Origin: a virus | Taxonomy: Duplodnaviria; Caudoviricetes | IMG/VR virus record: IMGVR_UViG_3300035239_000090 | Location: 1 to 24,425 of that record | Strand: one strand, 5' to 3' | DNA length: 24,425 bases | In this document: piece after piece, positions 16,011 to 23,226 of the stretch | Position numbering within the stretch: the first letter of the stretch is position 1 | Layout: the number at the start of each line of letters is the position of its first letter | Notes under the pieces: model-generated | What the model was told of the DNA's origin: nothing | What the model saw: the letters and a program-made list of their open reading frames with translations, nothing else | Databases searched by the model: none | Position numbers and translations under genes: made by a program

Positions 16011-16874
16011 ATGTCTAATTTAAGAGATCTACTGGGGATTGTAACCGACGAGTTTATTAAAGGTTTGGGCGGTACTGATGCCGCCACTAAACTACCTGCA
16101 TATCCATCGAAGGATTATAACGTCCAATACATTTCAGCACTATGTGGTGCTATGTGCGGTGATTGGACTGCCAATTATGGATTTTACGATTATCCCGATT
16201 GGGTAGTTCCTACTGGTTCCACAGAAGTCATTTTTGAAATCTGGGGTGCTGGTGGTGGTGGCGGCAAAGGATGCTGTTGCACTATGGGTATCCCTGGTGG
16301 ATCTGGTGCTTATGCTTATAAGAAGCTATCAGGAGCTGCTTTAGTTCCAGGATGTTCTTATTCGATGGAAATTGGACAACCAGGAAAAGGTAATGTCGAT
16401 TCTTGTGGACCAGTTGGTAACAAGACATTTGTTACTGGGTATTCTCTTTCAAACTTCTGTGCGGATGGTGGACACGGTGGTTGCTCTTGCTGCAATCAAT
16501 CATGTTGCACCCATAAGGTAATGTCTTCTATAGTAAATTGTGCTGTATATTATGGTGCTGATGGTGGTGCCTATGGCAACCCAGGAGCAGGACATGTCTG
16601 GAGTCAAAGTAGTTTCTGCTGTAACAAGCAAAATATTCCTTATCCCGGTGGACTTGTTAATGGTAAAGGAGGTTGGGTTCCCGCATATCAGTGCGAATGC
16701 CAAGGTTGTGGAATGGACATGATGAGACAAGCCGCTCAAAACATTCCTTGGGGTGGAACTGAAGAGCAAAATTACATTCCAGGAATTGGTGGGATGTCTG
16801 CTTGGACCAATGGCGGTGGTTGCTGTTACGGAACTCAAGGATATCCTGGAATGATAAGAATTTCTTACAAGTAA
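16011..16874 (+). CDS. Gly/Cys-rich putative adhesin, paralog 3 (287 aa, 21 Cys by hand count)
   Basis: MSNLRDLL start; FEIWGAGGGGGKGCCC..GIPGGSGAY; NFCADGG; GGGCCYG..G.PGMIRISY. Confidence 0.75.
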   Translation: MSNLRDLLGIVTDEFIKGLGGTDAATKLPAYPSKDYNVQYISALCGAMCGDWTANYGFYDYPDWVVPTGSTEVIFEIWGAGGGGGKGCCCTMGIPGGSGAYAYKKLSGAALVPGCSYSMEIGQPGKGNVDSCGPVGNKTFVTGYSLSNFCADGGHGGCSCCNQSCCTHKVMSSIVNCAVYYGADGGAYGNPGAGHVWSQSSFCCNKQNIPYPGGLVNGKGGWVPAYQCECQGCGMDMMRQAAQNIPWGGTEEQNYIPGIGGMSAWTNGGGCCYGTQGYPGMIRISYK

Positions 16875-16889
16875 ATTCTAAATTAATAT

Positions 16890-16906
16890 CATAAATAATA
16901 TAAATA
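16890..16906 (+). promoter_or_regulatory. tandem late promoter boxes CATAAATA (16890-16897) and TATAAATA (16899-16906)
   Basis: Intergenic, upstream of the ATG at 16941. Confidence 0.8.
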
Positions 16907-16940
16907 TTTGAAGAATAACAACGGTACTATAGGTTAACCC

Positions 16941-17696
16941 ATGGCGAACATCACAAAAACTTTTACATTCGCACTTCCGGATGAATACGTAGCGCAGACA
17001 AGTGATTTAAACTTGACTGCTGAATGGACTTACGAGGGACCTGCTTTTATGTGGGTGTTTGTTGATAATGTAACAGAAACCCTGCAAACCTCCCAATCTT
17101 TTATGGCAGTAAAATCGGCGGGAGATCTTCAAGAAGTTGCGAACGTTCGTGCTGGTGTTGATCAGAGAGCAGTTCTACTTTCACCAGCAACATCAGATGT
17201 TGATGCTACTATTGCATCTATGATGGTTACTAAAGATACTGGCAAAGCAGCTGGTTATCCACAGAAAGAATACAAATTCCCTGCTGATCACGCTAACGCT
17301 GGCGAAGTATACTACGAGCGTCCCGATCCACAAGCACCTGATCATACATATGATAGTACCGCTATTAAATATGATTTTACCAATAACGAATGGGTGACAC
17401 CTTTTGGGTGGTTACAACCTTGGGTCACTATGGCAGAGCATAAAGCATCTAGAGATTCTGTCGTTGCAGATTCAACAGCAAGACTTGCTGATTTAAGATC
17501 TAATATGACTGCTGATCAAATTGCAGCTGCAGAAGCATTCATTGCCGAAATGGAAAACCTCTATACCAAGTATGCCGGTATCGAACCATTCATGATTGGT
17601 TTCCCACCTAATCCACTTGCTGAATTAGTTGAAGACTATGATTACAATACAGATCCAGATAGTTTGTTGGATGATGCCGCAACTGATGGTGAGTGA
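16941..17696 (+). CDS. acidic protein, putative tail-fibre assembly chaperone-like (251 aa)
   Basis: Lies directly after the adhesin-like genes. The C-terminal helical segment RDSVVADS...AFIAEMENLY....P..IGFPPNP loosely follows the R..LL..SD...YRQ.LRDLP...WP..P fibre-chaperone pattern. Confidence 0.5.
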   Translation: MANITKTFTFALPDEYVAQTSDLNLTAEWTYEGPAFMWVFVDNVTETLQTSQSFMAVKSAGDLQEVANVRAGVDQRAVLLSPATSDVDATIASMMVTKDTGKAAGYPQKEYKFPADHANAGEVYYERPDPQAPDHTYDSTAIKYDFTNNEWVTPFGWLQPWVTMAEHKASRDSVVADSTARLADLRSNMTADQIAAAEAFIAEMENLYTKYAGIEPFMIGFPPNPLAELVEDYDYNTDPDSLLDDAATDGE

Positions 17697-17721
17697 TAGA
17701 CTGACTTTTTTAAATAATTAC

Positions 17722-17749
17722 AAAGAGAGTCTTCGGACTCTCTTTTTTT
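17722..17749 (+). terminator. Rho-independent terminator with C(UUCG)G tetraloop
   Basis: AAAGAGAGTC-TTCG-GACTCTCTTT perfect 10-bp stem running into a T7 tract. Confidence 0.95.
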
Positions 17750-17778
17750 ATGTGCGTTAAACCGTCTCCAGAAGGTCA

Positions 17779-17799
17779 CCTAAATAAAGTATATAAATC
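17779..17799 (+). promoter_or_regulatory. possible late promoter(s) for the sugar-modification operon (CCTAAATA 17779-17786; TATAAATC 17792-17799)
   Basis: Imperfect TATAAATA matches between the terminator and the glycosyltransferase start. Confidence 0.5.
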
Positions 17800-17813
17800 A
17801 TTAGCAATTGATT

Positions 17814-18953
17814 ATGAGACCTAAATCATTTTTTATTAATGGCGGAGCTGGGCGTGTAATTTGTTCTATTCCTGCATTTGAAAAATATCAAGAAGAAAAT
17901 CCTGATGAAGATTTTCTCATTATATGTGAGGGAGGAACAGATTTTTTCAAAGGTCATCCAACACTCTATGGCAAAGTATACGACAACTGGCATAAAAATC
18001 TTTTTAGAGATAAGTTAATCGATACTGATGTCAAGACTCCAGAACCTTATAGAGTTTGGGAATACTATAATCAAAAATGCAGTCTAGCACAAGCATTTGA
18101 TATTGAAATCAATGGTAAGGGTATTAGAGAATTACCAAAACCAACCATTCATCTTACTAAAGAAGAAACAATAAATGGAAAATTTATTGTAGAAGAAGTT
18201 AGATTAAAAACTGGTAAAAGAAAAACTGTTGTTTTTCAACCTTTTGGTAGGGGAGTACAAAGTGCAGGTAATATAATTGGAGATAATTCTGGTAGAAGTT
18301 TTGAACTTTATAATACAATCTCAATTATAAAAAGACTTCAGAAAAAATATTCTGTTATCGTAATGGCAGAAATTGGAATTGATTTTGAAAAGGAAGGAGT
18401 ACGTGATATCGTATCATACCCAGCAGCAAATAATGTTCCTGCCAGGGCATGGGCATCTATTATTAATGATGCTGATATTTTCCTTGGTTGTGATAGTATG
18501 GGTCAACATCTTGCTTATGCTGCTGGCACTCCAGCAGTAACAGTGATGGGTTCTACATACGGAATTAATGTTTCTTATCCAGATGAAGAAACGTTTGATG
18601 TTTTGGATATGGGTGAAGGGAAAAGAATATATGATCCTATCAGAATTACCATGGATGAAGAATCCGCAAGAGCTAATGATGGTATTATGATGATGAATGA
18701 TAAAATTGAAGAAGTTATTATGAAGTCTGTTGATAAACTTATGAATAAGTATTATCAAAAACCAACCACACAAATAGTTCTACCAAAAGAATGGTTAGGA
18801 GAATCACAACAAGATTGTTCAGTAGAACCGAAACCTTCCACAAAAAAACCAAAAGCAATTCCATTTCAATTAGAAGCATCTAATGATAATGTTACGATTC
18901 CTGCTTTAGAACCGACCAAGAAAGGGTTCTCACAAAATTCAAAAATTATTTGA
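17814..18953 (+). CDS. GT9-family (ADP-heptose heptosyltransferase, WaaC/WaaF-like) glycosyltransferase
   Basis: N-terminal GGAGRVICSIPA......P and C-terminal IINDADIFLGCDSMGQHLAYAAGTPAVTVMGST match the GT9 ADLFIGNDSGPMHLAAALGTP pattern. The ATG at 17814 is preferred over the TTG at 17808. Confidence 0.75.
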   Translation: MRPKSFFINGGAGRVICSIPAFEKYQEENPDEDFLIICEGGTDFFKGHPTLYGKVYDNWHKNLFRDKLIDTDVKTPEPYRVWEYYNQKCSLAQAFDIEINGKGIRELPKPTIHLTKEETINGKFIVEEVRLKTGKRKTVVFQPFGRGVQSAGNIIGDNSGRSFELYNTISIIKRLQKKYSVIVMAEIGIDFEKEGVRDIVSYPAANNVPARAWASIINDADIFLGCDSMGQHLAYAAGTPAVTVMGSTYGINVSYPDEETFDVLDMGEGKRIYDPIRITMDEESARANDGIMMMNDKIEEVIMKSVDKLMNKYYQKPTTQIVLPKEWLGESQQDCSVEPKPSTKKPKAIPFQLEASNDNVTIPALEPTKKGFSQNSKII

Positions 18954-18962
18954 GGTATATTG

Positions 18963-20648
18963 ATGTCTGTTATTGTATCTGTTGCTCGTGGTCATAATGG
19001 TAGTACCACACTTTTAGTAGATGGTGAGATAGTATTTTATCTCGAAGAAGAACGTCTATCAAGAAATAAATATGATGGGTCTCCTTTGATGGGACTGATG
19101 AAAGTATTTGAATATGTAGATCACATTGACCATTTAGTGGTTTGCCATACTCACCGTGCTGGTCCTCAATTGGATTGGTTAGGAACTGATATGTATGAAG
19201 GGTGGGTAAGAAAGTTATCAAGAAAGAAATTTGAATTTCAAACACATTTTATTGATGTTATTCATCATGAAATGCATGCAGCATGTGGTTTCTATAACTC
19301 TGGATTTGAAACTGCTGCTTGTGTAATTGCTGATGGCGCTGGTAGTTTCTTACAGATTGAAGAAGTTCCTGATACTGTTTATGAATTTGAAACTATTTTT
19401 AATGCATCGTATCCAGGAGAATTTGATACGGTATATAAACATGTAGGTACAAGAGCTGCTATTGGATTTAACCAAAGTGATGAAAATATTTTTGTTACTG
19501 AATATCCTGGTCTTACAAAAATGTATGAGGCAGTAACGCAGTACAATGGATTTAGTGCTATCGAAGCAGGAAAACTTATGGGTCTTGCTCCATATGGTAA
19601 ACCTAATGATGATCTTCCACCATTCTTCCGAAATGGATGGGGTAATAGAGATTTAATTATTCCTACGTATCCTAATGCAGCACAAATTAATGTGAGTCGT
19701 TTTGATATTCTTAAAGAAGATGTCATGAGGCATGAACCAAATAAGTACACAGATATTCAGAAAGATCTTGCGTATAAAATTCAGGAAGAAACTTCTGACA
19801 AAATGGTAGAGTTAATTCGTAAAGCACATGAATTAACTGGAGAAAAGAATATTGTGGTTTGTGGTGGTTATGGTCTTAACTGTGTAGCAAACTATAAGTA
19901 TTTGAGAGAGTTTCCTGATCTCAATATTTACTGCGAACCCATCTCACATGATGGTGGTACTTCTATTGGTGGAGCAAAATATGTACACCACAAACTAGAA
20001 GAAACCAAGACTCCAAGCAAGCAAGAGTCTGTTTACTATGGTCCTCAATATGATCCTTCTGGTTATGAAGCAGATCTAGAAGGTCTGGAAGTTACCGACA
20101 CTTCATATGATGATGTTGCTAAACTAATTCGTGAAGGTACTATCGTAACCATCTATCAGGGTCGTTCTGAAGGAGGTCCACGAGCACTTGGCAATAGATC
20201 TATTCTGTTTGATCCTACTATCGAAGATGGTAAAGATCATGTCAATGCAGTCAAGAATCGTGAATGGTTCCGTCCCTTTGCTTGTTCCATCAAAGCAGAG
20301 AATGTTCATGAGTGGTTCGACCTTGCTGGTAGAGAAGAGACTCCTCATATGATGTATGCAGTTGAGTGTCTAGAAGGTGTTGAAAAGATTATTCCTTCTG
20401 TTATTCATGTTGATAACACTTGTAGAATTCAGACCGTAACACAAGAACAGAACGAGCATTACTATAATCTTATTAGTGCTTTTGAGAAGTTAAGTGAGGT
20501 TCCTATTCTATTCAATACTTCCTTTAATCTTGGTGGGGATCCACTAGTAGAAACAATTGAAGATGCGATTGATACATTAAAGAATAGTGATATCGAATGG
20601 ATGTACCTACCAGAAATTCAAAAACTTGTTCATGTACCGAATGAATGA
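18963..20648 (+). CDS. NodU/CmcH/TobZ-family O-carbamoyltransferase
   Basis: EEERLSR.K, HHEMHA, DGAG, GKLMGLAPYG, GG..LNC.AN, DGGTSIG, GRSEGGPRALGNRSIL, KNREWFRPFA, HVDNTCRIQTV and NTSFN motifs. A GAGGT SD favours the ATG at 18963. Confidence 0.92.
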   Translation: MSVIVSVARGHNGSTTLLVDGEIVFYLEEERLSRNKYDGSPLMGLMKVFEYVDHIDHLVVCHTHRAGPQLDWLGTDMYEGWVRKLSRKKFEFQTHFIDVIHHEMHAACGFYNSGFETAACVIADGAGSFLQIEEVPDTVYEFETIFNASYPGEFDTVYKHVGTRAAIGFNQSDENIFVTEYPGLTKMYEAVTQYNGFSAIEAGKLMGLAPYGKPNDDLPPFFRNGWGNRDLIIPTYPNAAQINVSRFDILKEDVMRHEPNKYTDIQKDLAYKIQEETSDKMVELIRKAHELTGEKNIVVCGGYGLNCVANYKYLREFPDLNIYCEPISHDGGTSIGGAKYVHHKLEETKTPSKQESVYYGPQYDPSGYEADLEGLEVTDTSYDDVAKLIREGTIVTIYQGRSEGGPRALGNRSILFDPTIEDGKDHVNAVKNREWFRPFACSIKAENVHEWFDLAGREETPHMMYAVECLEGVEKIIPSVIHVDNTCRIQTVTQEQNEHYYNLISAFEKLSEVPILFNTSFNLGGDPLVETIEDAIDTLKNSDIEWMYLPEIQKLVHVPNE

Positions 20649-21043
20649 AAATATCTTTTGTTAATGGATGTTTCGATGTGCTCCATCCAGGACACATCGA
20701 ACTGTTAAAATATGCTAGGTCTTTCGGAGACTATCTCATTGTTGCTATTGATTCTGATAGGAAGGTAGCAGAAATGAAAGGTCCCGAGAGACCTATTTTT
20801 TCACAATCCGATAGAGGACTGATGTTATCAGCAATCAGATATGTTGATATAGTTCATACGTTCGACACCAAACAAGAGCTAGAGGAGTTGCTGGAATCGA
20901 TTAAACCTGATACAATGGTAGTCGGTTCTGACTGGAAAGGAAAAGAAGTAGTAGGTTCACGCTATGCAAAATCAGTTCGGTTTTTTGATCGACGAGGAGA
21001 ATACTCCACCACCAAAACAATTGAAGGTACTCCTTATCGGTGA
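20645..21043 (+). CDS. hldC: heptose-1-phosphate nucleotidyltransferase (RfaE/HldE domain II)
   Basis: NGCFDVLHPGH (HxGH), DSD......KGPERP, KPD..VVG.DW and YSTT motifs. ATGA coupling to the upstream gene. Confidence 0.85.
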   Translation: MKISFVNGCFDVLHPGHIELLKYARSFGDYLIVAIDSDRKVAEMKGPERPIFSQSDRGLMLSAIRYVDIVHTFDTKQELEELLESIKPDTMVVGSDWKGKEVVGSRYAKSVRFFDRRGEYSTTKTIEGTPYR

Positions 21044-21749
21044 TACATGTATTGATAGATATGTGTATGGTACGTGCTCTAGATTGAGTCCAGAAGGTCC
21101 TGTGCCGGTCCTGGAGCAAACCAGGATAGAAGAGACTAGAGGTATGGCATGGAATGTCAGAGACAACCTCATGTCTTTTGGAATTGATGTTTACATCATG
21201 ACCAATGAAGAGATGCCAATCAAAACTAGATTTGTTGATGAGAAATCAAATCATCAGATCATGCGATTGGATGAAAAGGATAAGGTAAAACCATTTGAAT
21301 GGGATATGCCTGAAAAAGACTTTGATGCAATGGTCATCTCTGACTATAATAAAGGATTCTTATCTGAAGAGAAGATCTTTGAACTATGTGATTGGTTCAA
21401 GAAACCTGTTTTCATTGATAGTAAAAAAACTAACCTACCAAGACAGTGTTTCATCAAACTAAATGATTATGAGGCAAAGAAGTTAGAAGGAGAATATCCT
21501 TTCTTGATTACTACGAAAGGATCGGAAGGTGCTACTTTCAAAAGTAGATTATATCCCGGAACTAAAGTTTCTGTATTTGATGTAGCAGGTGCTGGAGATA
21601 CTTTTCTTTCCGCATTAGTTTATTTTTATCTTTCCACAGGAGTTATGGAAACTGCTATTCCCTATGCAAATAAGGCAGCTGCTATGGCAGTATCCCATTC
21701 AGGAACATATGTATTAAATCAGAGTGATGTAGATGATTTATGTAATTGA
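20964..21749 (+). CDS. hldA: heptose-7-phosphate kinase (RfaE/HldE domain I, PfkB family)
   Basis: VLLIGD..ID.YVYG...RLSPEGPVPV, KTRF......QIMRLD, SDYNKG and DVAGAGDTF motifs. The start is uncertain (ATG 20964 with an AGGT SD, or TTG 21021). Confidence 0.85.
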   Translation: MQNQFGFLIDEENTPPPKQLKVLLIGDTCIDRYVYGTCSRLSPEGPVPVLEQTRIEETRGMAWNVRDNLMSFGIDVYIMTNEEMPIKTRFVDEKSNHQIMRLDEKDKVKPFEWDMPEKDFDAMVISDYNKGFLSEEKIFELCDWFKKPVFIDSKKTNLPRQCFIKLNDYEAKKLEGEYPFLITTKGSEGATFKSRLYPGTKVSVFDVAGAGDTFLSALVYFYLSTGVMETAIPYANKAAAMAVSHSGTYVLNQSDVDDLCN

Positions 21750-22056
21750 TATTGACGGTACTATATGTCATAGTCCTGATGGTGTATATGAGGACAGTCT
21801 CCCGAGGTTGCCTAGAATTGCTCATATCAATTCGTTATATGATAACGGAGACTATATAAAATACTTTACTGCAAGGGGTATGGGGAGGCATTCAGGCAAT
21901 GCTCATAAAGCATATACAGAATTATATACAATGACTGAAGGTCAGTTAAATAGTTGGGGATGTAAGTACCATGAATTAATTATGGGAAAACCTTCCGGAG
22001 ATGTGTACATTGACGATAAAGGAATTAGTGATCATGGATACTTCAAAGACACCTAA
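21733..22056 (+). CDS. minimal cap-less HAD phosphatase (EcbF/BcbF-like)
   Basis: DIDGT motif I, FTAR motif II, GKP motif III and YIDDK motif IV. Confidence 0.85.
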   Translation: MIYVIDIDGTICHSPDGVYEDSLPRLPRIAHINSLYDNGDYIKYFTARGMGRHSGNAHKAYTELYTMTEGQLNSWGCKYHELIMGKPSGDVYIDDKGISDHGYFKDT

Positions 22057-22399
22057 TATTAAATTTGTCCCAAAGGGTTGGGGATTTGAAAAATGGATTG
22101 TAAATAATGAAGAGTATTGTGGAAAACTTTTATATTTTGTAAAAGATAAACAATGTTCCTGGCATTACCACGAAAAAAAGCACGAAACATTTTTCGTACA
22201 GACTGGCAAACTAACTCTATACTATAGTATGGATGATAATATTGATAATGCTACTATAACAATATTAAACCCTGGAGATAAATTTGAAATCCCCAGGGGT
22301 ATGCGTCATAGAATGTGTGCTATAGAAGATACAGAACTATTTGAATTTTCTACGACTCATTTTGATTCTGATTCGTATCGAATTCATCAGGGAGATTAA
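22034..22399 (+). CDS. cupin-fold sugar(-phosphate) isomerase-like protein
   Basis: VPKGWG.E.W, SWHYH..K.ETF (HxH...E) and IPRG.RHR cupin metal motifs. The ATG at 22034 (AAGGA SD) is preferred over 22001. Confidence 0.8.
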   Translation: MDTSKTPNIKFVPKGWGFEKWIVNNEEYCGKLLYFVKDKQCSWHYHEKKHETFFVQTGKLTLYYSMDDNIDNATITILNPGDKFEIPRGMRHRMCAIEDTELFEFSTTHFDSDSYRIHQGD

Positions 22400-23171
22400 T
22401 ATAATCTTCAACAGACATAAATTTTTTATTGTTCCATTTAAAATTAGAGACAGTATTATATTGATACTTGTCTTTTAAATGTTCGGGGAAGGGGATCTCT
22501 TTGATCTCTGCCCCGTATTTTTTTGCGATAATTTCTGCTACTTCCCTAAAAGAGTATACACGTCCAGATCCTAGATCATAGATACCAGACTCCACACCGT
22601 TGTTATCAACAATGTCTATGATATCATCTACGTAAACAAAATCTCTTAAACAATTTTCAGATCCTTCAAAAATTTCAATCACTCCATTATCTACTGCCTG
22701 TTCTTTAAACTTACTAACTGGACTGCGTTGATTACCTTTATGCTCTTCACCTGGTCCATACACATTGAAGAATCTAAATCCTTGAATAAGTTCAAACCTA
22801 TCAATATTTTCAGACACCCAGAGATCTACAGCAACCTTTGACTTTGCATATAGGTTAAGAGGATCCATACTACCATCATGCTTGTTGCCATATACAGAAG
22901 CAGATGAAGCGTACTTAACAGGGATGCCATGCTCGATAGCAATCTCGAATAGTTTAATAGAAAATTCTACATTAAAAGATGTGAGCGCATCTTCATCGGT
23001 ACATGTTGTGGACGAGATTGCTCCCATATGAATAATTTCGTCAATATCATCCCAATGTTTAAAGAACTCAAGCATTGGCCAGGCGTTGTGGTCTTCTATA
23101 CCAATAAATTGTTTATGTTTTTCAACAAATCTTTTCCCAATAAATCCGTGACATCCTGTAATCAATTTCAT
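22350..23171 (-). CDS. hldD: ADP-L-glycero-D-manno-heptose 6-epimerase (extended SDR)
   Basis: ITGCHGFIG, HMGAISSTT, YASSASVYG, PLNLYAKSK, GFRFFNVYGPGEEHKG, RDFVYVDD and IPFP..LK.KYQ motifs characteristic of HldD/RfaD/GmhD. Confidence 0.9.
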   Translation of the reverse strand: MKLITGCHGFIGKRFVEKHKQFIGIEDHNAWPMLEFFKHWDDIDEIIHMGAISSTTCTDEDALTSFNVEFSIKLFEIAIEHGIPVKYASSASVYGNKHDGSMDPLNLYAKSKVAVDLWVSENIDRFELIQGFRFFNVYGPGEEHKGNQRSPVSKFKEQAVDNGVIEIFEGSENCLRDFVYVDDIIDIVDNNGVESGIYDLGSGRVYSFREVAEIIAKKYGAEIKEIPFPEHLKDKYQYNTVSNFKWNNKKFMSVEDYINLPDEFDTNQNQNES

Positions 23172-23185
23172 GATATCTACACCAG

Positions 23186-23193
23186 TATAAATA
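23186..23193 (+). promoter_or_regulatory. T4-like late promoter TATAAATA
   Basis: Perfect box in the 55-bp divergent intergenic region, upstream of the ATG at 23227. Confidence 0.85.
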
Positions 23194-23222
23194 AGTATAA
23201 CATAAAAGGACTAAAGCGACAA
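23194..23222 (-). promoter_or_regulatory. candidate sigma70-type promoter for hldD
   Basis: The minus strand reads TTGTCG (23222-23217), a 17-nt spacer ending in TGT, then TATACT (23199-23194): a -35 box plus an extended -10 box. Confidence 0.5.
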
Positions 23223-23226
23223 CAAG

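Noticed and set aside
18770-18953. K/P-rich C-terminal tail on the GT9 protein as a separate functional domain
   Set aside because: It looks disordered and low-complexity, and no function can be supported from the sequence alone.
353-22048. Identical N-terminus MDTSK in the 63-aa protein and the cupin
   Set aside because: A five-residue match with different codons and unrelated downstream sequence, most likely coincidence.
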